From: Gammaproteobacteria bacterium
Lineage (GTDB): Bacteria; Pseudomonadota; Gammaproteobacteria; UBA4575
NCBI GenBank assembly: GCA_965221955.1
Contig: CBDCTA010000005.1
Location: 1-64,000, forward strand
Reading direction: 5' to 3'
DNA: 64,000 bases
Part shown: positions 47,449 through 57,878 of the stretch, one piece after another
Layout: the number at the start of each line of letters is the position of its first letter
How positions within the stretch are numbered: position 1 is the first letter of the stretch
Program-made: the position numbers and the translations under genes
The notes under the pieces: generated by a model
Told to the model about the DNA's origin: nothing
The model's input: only the letters and a program-made list of their open reading frames with translations
The model's database searches: none

Positions 47449-49899
47449 ATGACGTTACTCGTGTGGTTGTTGGCTTTGGGAGCATTGGCTTTTGGCCTAG
47501 CTAGAGCGAAATGGTCATTTGCGGTTTGGACTGCAGTGATCGCAGGCGCATTAGCGGTACTTACTTTAACTGGTTTTTTGAACGGTATTGCAGCATGGAT
47601 TCTTTGGATACTGTTTATTCCACTTGCTTTGCTCAATGTCACAAATCTTCGTGTTTCGTATCTAAGCAAGCCAATGCTTGGATATGTTAAAAAAGTGCTA
47701 CCTCCAATGTCGCAAACCGAACGTGATGCGATCGAAGCTGGCACCGCATGGTGGGAAGCGGAATTATTTCGTGGAAACCCTGAGTGGGACCAGCTGCTCA
47801 ATCATGATGTATCCGAACTTTCTGCTGAAGAACAAGCATTTATAGATGGTCCGGTAGATGAACTATGTAGCATGATTGATGATTGGCAGGTGACAAATGA
47901 TCTAAACGATCTATCTCCTAAAACATGGAAATTTATTAAAGAGAATAAATTTCTAGGCATGATCATTCCAAAAAAATATGGTGGCTTAGAATTTTCAGCA
48001 ATTGCGCATTCCACCGTAGTCATGAAAATCTCTACTCGCAGTGGTACGGCAGGGGTGTCCGTAATGGTGCCAAATTCATTAGGACCTGCAGAACTTCTTT
48101 TGCATTATGGTACAGAAGAACAAAAAGATTATTACCTTCCGCGTTTGGCAGTGGGCGAAGAAATTCCATGTTTCGCATTAACAGGGCCTAATGCAGGTTC
48201 GGATGCGGGCGCAATTCCAGACACAGGAATCGTTTGTAAAGGTAAATATGAAGGCAAAGAAGTTTTAGGTTTACGCTTAAACTGGGAAAAGCGTTACATC
48301 ACCTTAGGGCCAATCGCGACAGTACTCGGTTTAGCATTTAAAGCGTATGACCCGGATGGTTTGTTAGGCGATAAAGAAGATTTAGGTATCACTTGTGCAT
48401 TGATCCCAACGACTACTCCTGGCGTTACTATTGGTAATCGACACAATCCGCTAAATTCTGCGTTTATGAATGGCCCAAATTGGGGGAAAGATGTTTTTAT
48501 TCCAATGGATTGGATTATTGGCGGGCAAGATCAAATTGGTAAAGGTTGGCGTATGTTAGTGGAGTGTCTGTCAGTTGGGCGTGGTATTTCATTGCCCGCG
48601 TTGGGAACTGGTGCAGGGAAGTTCGCCAGTTACATGACAGGTGCTTATGCAGCCGTTCGCAAACAATTTAATGTACCTATCGGTAAGTTCGAAGGGGTTG
48701 AAGAAGCATTAACTCGAATTGGTGGTTTAACCTATATGATGGAAGCCGCACGCAGATTAACTGCTTCTGCGATTGATCACGGTGAAAAACCTTCAGTCGT
48801 TACAGCAATACTGAAATATCACAACACAGAAGGAATGCGGCAAGTGATAAACGATGCAATGGATGTGCATGGTGGGCGAGGCATATGTATCGGCCCAAGT
48901 AACTATCTTGCACGTGCGTATCAATCCATTCCAATCAGTATCACAGTTGAAGGCGCAAATATTTTAACCAGAAGTTTAATTATCTTTGGTCAAGGTGCCA
49001 TGCGTTGTCATCCGTATATCATTGAACTCATTAATGCTTCTGCAGATCCGGATAAAGAACAAGGCTTAAAACAATTTGATGAAGCACTTTTCAAACACAT
49101 AGGTTATGCAACCTGCAATGGTGCACGATCATTTTTATATGGTTTAACGCGAAGTCGTTTAGCGGAAAGCCCAGTTCAGGGACCAACACGTGGCTACTTC
49201 AAACGTTTGGCACGAATGAGTGCAAGTTATGCGTTTGTATCCGATTTTGCCATGCTGTTTTTAGGTGGAGGATTAAAACGAAAAGAAAAACTTTCTGGTC
49301 GTTTTGCTGATGCACTCAGTTATATGTATTTAAGTTCTGCAGTATTAAAACGTTTCGAAGATACAGGCCGCCCAGCAGAAGATTTACCTTTTGTAGAGTG
49401 GAGTACTAAATATTGTTTATACAATGTGCAAGATGCATTAGATGAAATATTAAGAAACTTCCCATCGGTTATTGTGGGGCAACTTTTACGCTTGATTGTC
49501 TTTCCAACAGGAAAAAGCTTGCGTTACCCAAATGATCGTGTAGGACACGAAGTCGCAAAACGATTAATCGTACCATCTGAAACCAGAGATCGATTGACTG
49601 AAGGCGTTTACAAAACAACGGATCCAAAGGATCCTATTGGTTGTGTGCAATACGCTTTTCATGCAGTTGCAGCAGCGTATGAAGCAGAAAAGAAACTTAA
49701 AAAAGCGCACATCGGTCCTCCCGAGTTAGGTCGGCCTAGTAATTGGTTAGAAGATGCAGTTGAGCAAGGAGTCATCACAAAAGAAGAAGCTAAGCTAGTC
49801 GAAGAAGCGCATAAAGCCACTCGCGAAGCCATTATGGTAGATGACTTTCCTCCAAAGAAGGCAGCAGCAAAACGAAAAGCCACTAAAAAAGCAGCTTAA
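47449..49899 (+). CDS. fadE: Long-form acyl-CoA dehydrogenase
   Basis: VPNSLGPAELL, FALTGP-x-AGSDA, ITVEGANILTR; ATG 47449 preferred (GGAG RBS). Confidence 0.95.
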   Translation: MTLLVWLLALGALAFGLARAKWSFAVWTAVIAGALAVLTLTGFLNGIAAWILWILFIPLALLNVTNLRVSYLSKPMLGYVKKVLPPMSQTERDAIEAGTAWWEAELFRGNPEWDQLLNHDVSELSAEEQAFIDGPVDELCSMIDDWQVTNDLNDLSPKTWKFIKENKFLGMIIPKKYGGLEFSAIAHSTVVMKISTRSGTAGVSVMVPNSLGPAELLLHYGTEEQKDYYLPRLAVGEEIPCFALTGPNAGSDAGAIPDTGIVCKGKYEGKEVLGLRLNWEKRYITLGPIATVLGLAFKAYDPDGLLGDKEDLGITCALIPTTTPGVTIGNRHNPLNSAFMNGPNWGKDVFIPMDWIIGGQDQIGKGWRMLVECLSVGRGISLPALGTGAGKFASYMTGAYAAVRKQFNVPIGKFEGVEEALTRIGGLTYMMEAARRLTASAIDHGEKPSVVTAILKYHNTEGMRQVINDAMDVHGGRGICIGPSNYLARAYQSIPISITVEGANILTRSLIIFGQGAMRCHPYIIELINASADPDKEQGLKQFDEALFKHIGYATCNGARSFLYGLTRSRLAESPVQGPTRGYFKRLARMSASYAFVSDFAMLFLGGGLKRKEKLSGRFADALSYMYLSSAVLKRFEDTGRPAEDLPFVEWSTKYCLYNVQDALDEILRNFPSVIVGQLLRLIVFPTGKSLRYPNDRVGHEVAKRLIVPSETRDRLTEGVYKTTDPKDPIGCVQYAFHAVAAAYEAEKKLKKAHIGPPELGRPSNWLEDAVEQGVITKEEAKLVEEAHKATREAIMVDDFPPKKAAAKRKATKKAA

Positions 49900-49909
49900 A
49901 AAATAAAAA

Positions 49910-50371
49910 ATGTCAGATGCTGAATTAGGGGGTGCCATAAAGCGGCTTGAAAACTTCGAGCCGTTTAAAATGATGCAAGTCAAAATCTTGGAGCTCACCC
50001 CAGATTGGCGCACGATTAAATTATTATTACCTCTTTCAGAAGCCGCAACTAACCATCAAGGCACCATGTTTGGTGGTTTTATGGCATCTCTTGCAGATCC
50101 AGTTGCAGCGCTTTCATGCGGCAAGTTGTTTCCTGGTTATGCGGCGTGGACACGGAAATTAACCGTAGACTTTTTGCGTGCAGGCACAGGCGATCTCGAA
50201 TTACATTTTGAATTCCCAGCTAAATTAGAACCAATTATTAAAAAAGAATTAGAAGAAAAACAAAGAAGCACGCCGACATTTACATATGCCTATTATTTAA
50301 AAGATGGAACTCTATGTGCTCAAGTCGAATGCACTGTAGCGATTCGTCCACAGGGTTATATGAAGAAATAA
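49910..50371 (+). CDS. Hotdog-fold thioesterase (PaaI/YiiD-like)
   Basis: NHQGTMFGG...LADP. Confidence 0.82.
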   Translation: MSDAELGGAIKRLENFEPFKMMQVKILELTPDWRTIKLLLPLSEAATNHQGTMFGGFMASLADPVAALSCGKLFPGYAAWTRKLTVDFLRAGTGDLELHFEFPAKLEPIIKKELEEKQRSTPTFTYAYYLKDGTLCAQVECTVAIRPQGYMKK

Positions 50372-50488
50372 ATGTTTCAAATATTTGAGGCATTTATTTT
50401 AAACTCTTCTAAATTATTCAAAGTTTCAGTTGCCTTTTGCTATAATTTAGTAGTTGGGCGATAAGAGAAATGTTATCTCTACGCAATC

Positions 50489-51301
50489 TTGAGTGACAAA
50501 CATATAATAAGGCCAGGGCGTTCTATGAAAAAAATACTCATCAGTTTGGTTGTGATTATTGCAATTATTGCAGTCGGTGCTTATTTCCTTTTAGGTAACT
50601 TAGACAATATTGTTAAAGCTGCGATTGTGAAATATGGCTCTGAAGTGACTCAAACCAGTGTTGGAGTGGGTGGCGTAAAAATTGGGTTATCCGATGGTTT
50701 AGGTTCTATTTCTAATTTAAGCGTTGCGAACCCTAAAGGGTTTTCAAATAATGATTTGTTTCAAATGGATAACACTAGTGTTCAGCTTAGTTTGGAAAGA
50801 ACGACGACTGACGTGATTGTAATTGAACAAGTGTTGTTAGATGGTCCGTCGATTATATATGAGTTGAGTAAGAAGGGCAGCAATGTGGATACGATTAAAA
50901 AGAATGTTGATGCGTATACTGCTGGTGGTTCGGATAGCGGAGAGAGTAGTGGGCCGAAATTGATTATTGAGAATTTAATTATCAAAAACGGTGAGGTTCA
51001 AGTGACTTCTGATATGGTAAAAGGCAAAACGTTATCTACACCGCTTCCTGCAATTCATTTGCGTGATATTGGTAAAGACACTGGGGGCGCAACACCTGCA
51101 GAGGTCGCAAAGAAAGTGGTTGCAGTACTTACGAGCCAAATTGGAGCGGCAGCAGGTAAGCTTGATTTGCGTTCGTTAATGGATGAAGAGATGTTGAAGC
51201 AGCTTGGGGCTGAAAAATTAAAAGGAGTTGAAGGCAAAACCATGGATAAGCTAAAAGGTATCGGTGGTGATGCGGGTGAAAAACTTAAGAAGTTGTTTTA
51301 A
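50489..51301 (+). CDS. AsmA/DUF748-like membrane-anchored protein (start probably ATG 50525)
   Basis: N-terminal TM, ANPKGFS, LPAIHLRDIG. Confidence 0.7.
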   Translation: MSDKHIIRPGRSMKKILISLVVIIAIIAVGAYFLLGNLDNIVKAAIVKYGSEVTQTSVGVGGVKIGLSDGLGSISNLSVANPKGFSNNDLFQMDNTSVQLSLERTTTDVIVIEQVLLDGPSIIYELSKKGSNVDTIKKNVDAYTAGGSDSGESSGPKLIIENLIIKNGEVQVTSDMVKGKTLSTPLPAIHLRDIGKDTGGATPAEVAKKVVAVLTSQIGAAAGKLDLRSLMDEEMLKQLGAEKLKGVEGKTMDKLKGIGGDAGEKLKKLF

Positions 51302-51398
51302 AACAAAAATTGAACTTATTATTTTTGTCAGTCTTTTTGCATTTTTAGGCCACATTTGAATGCAATGATGTAAATAAGTTGTTTACGTCATTGCATCT

Positions 51399-51920
51399 AT
51401 GAAGCGTCGAAAATTTTTAATTTGTTCATCAATACTCGCTAGTTCTTTCGGGCTTGGTGGGTTTTATTGGGCAAACCGTTGGGAATACATTGTAGTTCAC
51501 CATAGTGCGGGCAATTATGGTGATATCGAATTTTTACAGAAAGTGCATCGTCAAAGACAAGCAGGTGATCCTATTGATGCGATTCCCTATCACTTTGTAA
51601 TCGGAAATGGCAATGGTTTAGAGTTGGGGGAAATCGCAAGTGACTGGAGAAATGATTACAAACTTTGGGGCATGCACGTCTCCGCAAACAATATAGAGCG
51701 TAACTTTCGTGGATTGGGGATTTGTTTAATTGGTAATTTTGAAACCCACAAAGTACCCGAGCAGCAGTATCAAGCTTTGGTTTTGTTAACGAAATCGTTA
51801 ATGAAGCAATATGACATTCGTGCTGATCATGTTACGGGACATGGCCATACGAAAGGAGAATCTACGAAATGTCCAGGGAAGTATTTTCCGATGGAGAGGT
51901 TTAAGGGGGATATTGTGTAG
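51399..51920 (+). CDS. N-acetylmuramoyl-L-alanine amidase (Amidase_2/PGRP), Tat-like signal
   Basis: MKRRKFL; IVVHHS, YHFVIGNG, GICLIGNF, GH...TKCPG. Confidence 0.9.
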   Translation: MKRRKFLICSSILASSFGLGGFYWANRWEYIVVHHSAGNYGDIEFLQKVHRQRQAGDPIDAIPYHFVIGNGNGLELGEIASDWRNDYKLWGMHVSANNIERNFRGLGICLIGNFETHKVPEQQYQALVLLTKSLMKQYDIRADHVTGHGHTKGESTKCPGKYFPMERFKGDIV

Positions 51921-52029
51921 AACCTACATTAATAGGCTCAAGCATATTTAATAAACTAATTACATTTTAATTTATGGCAAGAAGTGCACGTTCAGTTCAC
52001 TAAATAAAACTTACCAAGTTAGTTGTTCA

Positions 52030-52190
52030 TTTTCTTTGCTTGTCCAAAGAAAACGAACCAAAAGAAAGGACACCCAAATTTAATTGTCCTAAAGGATTCG
52101 CGCGTTTCACAGAACGACTTGGCTGTCGGCATGATTCGCATCCATGCTCAACACGCCTCAAATGAACATCCTTGTTCATTTGTCAGCCGT
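52030..52190. repeat. Structured intergenic element with GCATCCATGC / ACATCCTTGT hairpins
   Basis: TTTCTTTG-N5/6-CAAAGAAA hairpin, AATGAACA-TCCT-TGTTCATT hairpin, GGCTG/CAGCC flanks. Confidence 0.55.
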
Positions 52191-52421
52191 CTTGTCTGTT
52201 CACTTACAAAGCAAATAATGGGTTTAATTTAAGAAGGTCTTCCTAGACTCTCTAGAAGAAATTTGGGTTCAAAAAGCTTTTATATTTTGGTGCTTAGAAT
52301 TTTGCTTGGAGGGATCAAGATTTGGGTCAATTAGCCTAGCAATAAGCCCATTTATCATTATTTTAGTGGGTCTTTTTGCTCATATTTATACAATTTAATC
52401 AATTATTTAGGATTAATTGTT

Positions 52422-53579
52422 ATGAGTGAAATGTCCACTTATACGGTAATTAGTACCGGTCAGCTTCAAGAGGATTTTGGCCTCGAAGAGGTTAAAAATA
52501 GCTTCGCAAAATTGTTTAAAACCACTCCTGAAAAGGCGAGTGCTTATGTTGGCGTGAAAAAGATTTTAAAGAAAAATCTTGATCATTCAAAAGCGCATAA
52601 ATTGAAAGCACGCCTTGAACAGATCGGTATGGTGGTTGCACTGAAAGAAAATAAGCAAGCAACTTCTGCAGATGCAATGTCTTTATCGGTTGAAGACAAA
52701 GCACCCACTAAAGAAGATACGACGATGACGTGTCCTAAATGTAATTTACGTCAAGAGAAGGCAGAGCAGTGTTCGGGTTGTGGCGTATATGTGGAAAAAT
52801 TACTAGCACCTTCTGCAACGGATACGGTAATTGGGCAATCCACTATAATGAAAGCACCTCCAATTGAAGATCCGTCAAATGCTACGGGCATTACGACGGC
52901 CCCCACCATGCAAACTTCAAGTGGTGCTAAGGGAATTAATCTTGTAGGTATTGCCGCTGCAGCAGGTGTTGCTGTAGTAGGTGCGTTGTTATGGAAATAT
53001 ATTACCGTTTGGTTTGGTTATGAGTTTGCGATTATTGCAATTGGCATTGGCGCAGGTGTGGGCATTGCTGCAGTGATGTTTGAATCGGAAGGTGTTGCTA
53101 CTGGAATAATTTGTGCAATTTTTACTTTGCTTTCTATTTTTGGTGGCAAATATATGGCGATGTCTTATTTGCAAGAAACTTGGTCGCAAGATATAACAGC
53201 GGCCATAGAAGGTGAAGAAGATATTTATAGAGATTATTATCAGCAAGACTTAAAAGCTGCTGAAGCCTTTGGTGATGGAATTGAAGACAAAAAAGAGCTT
53301 GTTGCATTCCTTAAAGAGCATGGCTATGAAGAATATTATGATGTTGACAATATTTCTGAAGCTGAAATCGCAGACTTTAACGAATATGTGGTTCCGCATT
53401 TAAAAAGAATTTCTGAAACGACCCCGAGTTTTGAAGAATGGTTGCAGGGTAGTTTCCAAGAGAATGTTGAAGATCTCTCTACTTCTTCATTAGTGTTTTT
53501 AGATTTTGGTTTAATGGGAATCTTGTTTCTACTTTTAGGTGTGGGCACTGCATTTAAGATGGGAATGGGTGAAGGATAA
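52422..53579 (+). CDS. Membrane protein with zinc-ribbon motif
   Basis: CPKC-x8-CSGC, several TM segments. Confidence 0.78.
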   Translation: MSEMSTYTVISTGQLQEDFGLEEVKNSFAKLFKTTPEKASAYVGVKKILKKNLDHSKAHKLKARLEQIGMVVALKENKQATSADAMSLSVEDKAPTKEDTTMTCPKCNLRQEKAEQCSGCGVYVEKLLAPSATDTVIGQSTIMKAPPIEDPSNATGITTAPTMQTSSGAKGINLVGIAAAAGVAVVGALLWKYITVWFGYEFAIIAIGIGAGVGIAAVMFESEGVATGIICAIFTLLSIFGGKYMAMSYLQETWSQDITAAIEGEEDIYRDYYQQDLKAAEAFGDGIEDKKELVAFLKEHGYEEYYDVDNISEAEIADFNEYVVPHLKRISETTPSFEEWLQGSFQENVEDLSTSSLVFLDFGLMGILFLLLGVGTAFKMGMGEG

Positions 53580-53583
53580 AATT

Positions 53584-53943
53584 ATGAGTACAGCAGAATT
53601 TGATAAATTTGATCTTGAAGGTTTGTCGCTTGAGGACATAGAACCTGCCAAACCAGTAGAGGTGGAACAGAAAGTGCCACAAGATTTGCCGCAAGAGATT
53701 GAGGAAATTCAGGTAAAACCTGTTGAACAGGAACCAGTAAAGAAAGCAGCTGAGCCTATGCCGCAGGCACAAAATACACAGAATGCAGAAAGTGCTGATG
53801 TGCCAGAAGGCAAAATGGTTTGTCCTAAATGTGAGCTTTTGCAAGATAAAGCTGAGCAGTGTTCGGGTTGTGGTGTATATGTTGCTAAAGCCCAAGCACA
53901 AGTAGGTCAATCTAAAATTCAAATTACCTCAACAAAATTCTAG
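53584..53943 (+). CDS. Acidic protein with the same zinc-ribbon motif
   Basis: AAGGA RBS then ATG; CPKCELLQDKAEQCSGC. Confidence 0.72.
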   Translation: MSTAEFDKFDLEGLSLEDIEPAKPVEVEQKVPQDLPQEIEEIQVKPVEQEPVKKAAEPMPQAQNTQNAESADVPEGKMVCPKCELLQDKAEQCSGCGVYVAKAQAQVGQSKIQITSTKF

Positions 53944-53962
53944 TTCCAATATTCAAGAATAA

Positions 53963-54529
53963 TTAACGTAAGGATTTTAAGAGCACGTAAACGGCTCCTG
54001 TCCCTCCATCATTAGGTCTTGCAGAACAAAAGGCAAGTATTTCACTGCGTTGTTGAAGCCACTTGTTTACCAGAGGTTTAATTTTTGGTCCCTGGTTGTT
54101 TGAGCCATAGCCTTTGCCGTGAATAATGCGCACACACCTAATATTATCTTCTCTAACGGTTTGAATAAATTTAGCCAGTGCAACTTGAGCTTCTACTTGA
54201 GTGTGGCCGTGTAAATCTAATTCTGCACCGATATTGTATTGGCCTTTTTTAAGTTTTTTGAAAATACTTTTTTGAATTCCTGAGCGGCAAAATGAAAGAC
54301 TGTCGCCAGGCTGCAAATCTTCAACGTCTAGGCTGACTTCCAATGACTCTTCTAATACACGTTGCTTGTCTTTAAGCGTTTCATTAGGCGTGGGCTTTAG
54401 TTTTGGGGTTTGATGGGCAGCACGATTATGGTGTTCAGCATTCAGTGGCTTAACATCATCCAATAGATCCGCAAAACGCATATCTTCATCTATATTCGAA
54501 TTGTCTTTTGTGTCTTTATCCTGAGACAT
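53963..54529 (-). CDS. Smr/MutS2 family endonuclease (SmrA-like)
   Basis: LDLHG, IIHGKG, GGTGAVYVLL. Confidence 0.92.
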   Translation of the reverse strand: MSQDKDTKDNSNIDEDMRFADLLDDVKPLNAEHHNRAAHQTPKLKPTPNETLKDKQRVLEESLEVSLDVEDLQPGDSLSFCRSGIQKSIFKKLKKGQYNIGAELDLHGHTQVEAQVALAKFIQTVREDNIRCVRIIHGKGYGSNNQGPKIKPLVNKWLQQRSEILAFCSARPNDGGTGAVYVLLKSLR

Positions 54530-54629
54530 TAGTAACTACCACTTTAGTCCTTGAATTTGTTACTATTTTCATCGTAGACAGAAATCTATCTACCACTCAT
54601 AATAATTTTACCTAATTTCTACAATACGC

Positions 54630-55382
54630 ATGCACCTATTATTAAGTAATGACGATGGCATTCATGCCAGCGGTTTGAAGCTATTGGCTGAGGCACTTGC
54701 CCCGCTAGGCAAAATTTCTGTGGTTGCGCCGAATCGTAATCGTAGTGCTGCGAGTAATTCTTTGACCTTGGAGCGGCCCATTCGTGCCCAAAAAGTTGCG
54801 GAAAATTGGTATAGCGTTGATGGCACTCCTACAGATTGCGTGCACCTAGCCATTACTGGCCTGTTAAAAGATGAGCCAGATATTGTCGTTTCGGGTATTA
54901 ATACAGGCGCTAATTTGGGTGATGACGTGATTTACTCGGGGACCGTAGCGGCTGCAATTGAAGGTCGTTTTTTGGGGTTGCCTGCCGTGGCCGTTTCACT
55001 GACCTCTTTTCAGCCCATGTTCATGCAAGATGCTGCAGAAGTTACACATGGGTTGGTTTCAAATTTAACCAAAACAACTTTACCCAATGATGTAATTATT
55101 AATATTAATATTCCTGATGTTGCTAAAGAAGAGCTAAAGGGTGTGCAAACCACACGCTTAGGAAACCGACACAAAGCCGAGCCGGTAATTGAAGCGCAAG
55201 ATCCACGCGGTAAACCTATTTATTGGGTAGGTGCTGCAGGGCCCGAGCAAGATGCAGGAATTGGTACAGATTTTTATGCGGTGAATAACAATTATATTTC
55301 AGTTTCACCAATGCATCTTGATTTGACGCATTACAAAGCTATGGAAGATGTTGAAAAATGGATATCAAATTGTGAACTCTAA
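54630..55382 (+). CDS. surE: 5'/3'-nucleotidase SurE
   Basis: LSNDDG, GTPTDCV, SGIN-x-[13 protein letters not shown]. Confidence 0.96.
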   Translation: MHLLLSNDDGIHASGLKLLAEALAPLGKISVVAPNRNRSAASNSLTLERPIRAQKVAENWYSVDGTPTDCVHLAITGLLKDEPDIVVSGINTGANLGDDVIYSGTVAAAIEGRFLGLPAVAVSLTSFQPMFMQDAAEVTHGLVSNLTKTTLPNDVIININIPDVAKEELKGVQTTRLGNRHKAEPVIEAQDPRGKPIYWVGAAGPEQDAGIGTDFYAVNNNYISVSPMHLDLTHYKAMEDVEKWISNCEL

Positions 55383-56037
55383 TAATCATGCTGGCATAGG
55401 AATGACTTCTCAGCGGACGCGAGATCGTTTGGTTACGCGTTTAGAAGAGAAAGGGATTAGCAATATACACGTTTTGGAAGCCATGCGTATGACCCCTAGG
55501 CATTTATTTGTTGACGAAGCTTTGGCTTCGCGAGCTTATGAAGACACCGCATTACCGATTGGACATAAGCAAACTATTTCGCAACCGTATGTGGTAGCAC
55601 GCATGACTGAAGCTATTTTAAAAGATGGAATACCAGAAAAAGTTTTAGAAATTGGAACCGGTTCAGGATATCAAGCGGCTATTCTTGCTGCCATTGTTAA
55701 AGAAGTTTATACCGTTGAAAGAATTGAACCATTATATCAACAAGCACGCCGTCGTGCGATGCAACTTGGTTTAAGAAATATTCGCTTTAAACTTTCTGAT
55801 GGTACATGGGGTTGGGAAAGCTATGCACCTTATGATGCGATTGTAGTAACAGCTGCGCCAAAAGAAGTTCCTGAGGCATTAATAGAGCAGCTGGGTGAAA
55901 ATGGTAGATTAGTTATTCCAGTAGGTAAGACTTCTGAAATTCAAGATTTATTACTGTTGCATAAAACGCCTGAAGGAATTCGTAAAGAACATCTTGATGC
56001 GGTAAGTTTTGTGCCACTTATTCAGGGTGGTGTATGA
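55372..56037 (+). CDS. pcm: Protein-L-isoaspartate O-methyltransferase
   Basis: [30 protein letters not shown]. Confidence 0.96.
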   Translation: MNSNNHAGIGMTSQRTRDRLVTRLEEKGISNIHVLEAMRMTPRHLFVDEALASRAYEDTALPIGHKQTISQPYVVARMTEAILKDGIPEKVLEIGTGSGYQAAILAAIVKEVYTVERIEPLYQQARRRAMQLGLRNIRFKLSDGTWGWESYAPYDAIVVTAAPKEVPEALIEQLGENGRLVIPVGKTSEIQDLLLLHKTPEGIRKEHLDAVSFVPLIQGGV

Positions 56038-56053
56038 GTACTAATATGTCGTT

Positions 56054-56638
56054 ATGAAAATATTTAGTTGGTTGTATGAAAAAGTAATGGGGTGGTCAAG
56101 ACATCCACATGCGAGTTATTACTTGGGGGCATTGAGTTTTGCGGAATCTTCTTTTTTCCCCATTCCTCCTGATGTCATGCTGGCACCGATGTCAGTGGCG
56201 AGTCCAAATAAAGCGTGGGGGTTTGCGCTATTAACGACGGTTACATCCGTTTTAGGCGGTATATTTGGTTATTTTATTGGCGCCTTTGCATTTGAGTATA
56301 TTGAGCCTTGGATACAGTCATCCGCTTATTTGCCTAAATTTGAAACGGCGAAAGCTTGGTTCGCAGAGTGGGGCGTGTGGATCGTGTTTGTTGCAGGTTT
56401 TTCACCTATTCCTTATAAATTATTCACAGTAACCGCAGGTTTGCTATCACTGGCTCTGATTCCTTTCATTATTGCTTCTTTTATTGGTCGTGGTTCGCGA
56501 TTCTTCCTGGTTGCAGGCTTACTTAAAATTGCTGGTCCTAAGATTGAACCAATGGTAAAAAAATATGTGGAATGGATTGGCTGGATTACGGTCTTATTAC
56601 TTATCTTAGCTATCGTTTATTTTAAATATTTGCATTAA
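56054..56638 (+). CDS. yqaA: YqaA/DedA family membrane protein
   Basis: SFAESSFFPIPPD, FSPIPYK. Confidence 0.88.
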   Translation: MKIFSWLYEKVMGWSRHPHASYYLGALSFAESSFFPIPPDVMLAPMSVASPNKAWGFALLTTVTSVLGGIFGYFIGAFAFEYIEPWIQSSAYLPKFETAKAWFAEWGVWIVFVAGFSPIPYKLFTVTAGLLSLALIPFIIASFIGRGSRFFLVAGLLKIAGPKIEPMVKKYVEWIGWITVLLLILAIVYFKYLH

Positions 56639-57381
56639 TGCCTAGCTTAATAAGAAAAGTAATCTTTTGTTTGCTTTTATTGTCGGTTATTTCATGTGTA
56701 TCGAATCGTAATAGTCAGGTTTATTATGATTATGATCACGGATATCACACTGTACTTAAAGGTGAAACGCTGTATTCCATCGCTTTTAGACATGGTGTCG
56801 ATTACAAAAGGTTAGCAAGATGGAACGGTATACGTTCGCCTTATACGATTTATGCGGGCCAAAGGCTCAGGTTGACTCGTTCGCAAGTTACTTCTAAAAC
56901 CTATGCTGTAAAAAAGAAAAGCACACCTACAAATGATACGAGTACAAAGAAAAAAACTACTAGCACCGTTTCAACAAAACCTAAAGTTAGTAGACCTGAA
57001 AAGTTAATTAAGCATGAATGGAATTGGCCAACTAAAGGTAAAGTGATTCGCACTTATTCGTCTCGATTAGGAGGCAACAAGGGAATTGATATAGCGGGTA
57101 AAGTTGGTCAACCTGTTTTGGCAGCTTCGTCAGGAAAAGTAGTATACAGCGGTAATGGATTAACAGGCTATGGTAATTTAATTATTGTTAAACATAGCGA
57201 ACAATTTTTAAGTGCGTATGCGCATAATAAAAGACTGTTTGTAAAAGAAGGTGGCGAAGTAAAACGCGGTGAAAAAATTGCCGAACTGGGTAAGTCAGGA
57301 ACCAATGAGGCGAAGTTGCATTTTGAAATTCGATATAAAGGTAAGCCCGTGGATCCTCTAAAATATTTACCTAAACTTTGA
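56638..57381 (+). CDS. nlpD: LysM + M23 lipoprotein NlpD
   Basis: Lipobox, LysM GETLYSIA, NKGIDI, YAHN, LHFEIR; surE-pcm synteny. Confidence 0.9.
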   Translation: MPSLIRKVIFCLLLLSVISCVSNRNSQVYYDYDHGYHTVLKGETLYSIAFRHGVDYKRLARWNGIRSPYTIYAGQRLRLTRSQVTSKTYAVKKKSTPTNDTSTKKKTTSTVSTKPKVSRPEKLIKHEWNWPTKGKVIRTYSSRLGGNKGIDIAGKVGQPVLAASSGKVVYSGNGLTGYGNLIIVKHSEQFLSAYAHNKRLFVKEGGEVKRGEKIAELGKSGTNEAKLHFEIRYKGKPVDPLKYLPKL

Positions 57382-57408
57382 AGCATTAAAATTAAATCAA
57401 AGCTTCTT

Positions 57409-57786
57409 TTATGATTTAGGGAGAATTACGGCTGCAGTAGCTTTTCTACCTTCCGCAATTAAAATTCCATAGGTTCTGCATGCCGCGCTGGTATTCATCG
57501 TTTCTAATCCGATTTGATGTTGCGCAAATAATGCAATGATTTTTGGATCCGGAAGTGCTAAATGCTCACCTGTTCCAATGATGGCAATTTCGGGTTGTTG
57601 ATGAAGAATTGTAGCTGAGGCGGTTTCATCTAATTGGCTTATATGTGTGACTTCCCATGGCGAAATTAATGACTCTGGGCTGATTATCAGGCTTTGATAG
57701 TGGGGTTCATTATTGATCATCACACAATCGGATCGATAGCCTGTGATAGTGTATTTAGCGTCAGCGAAATCTTGAGTGATATCCAT
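57409..57786 (-). CDS. Mth938-like (DUF498) protein
   Basis: IGTG, METMNTSAACRTY-type motif, EGR. Confidence 0.9.
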   Translation of the reverse strand: MDITQDFADAKYTITGYRSDCVMINNEPHYQSLIISPESLISPWEVTHISQLDETASATILHQQPEIAIIGTGEHLALPDPKIIALFAQHQIGLETMNTSAACRTYGILIAEGRKATAAVILPKS

Positions 57787-57878
57787 CTTTGATGAGTTAG
57801 GGTGGTAATTGTTTATCTATACAATGGGTTGGGCACAAGTTGGTTAATCGCGTATTATACTCAGCGCTTACAGGATAG

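Noticed and set aside
52023-52232. 69-aa ORF
   Set aside because: It overlaps a structured repeat element and has a TTG start with no RBS or recognisable motif.
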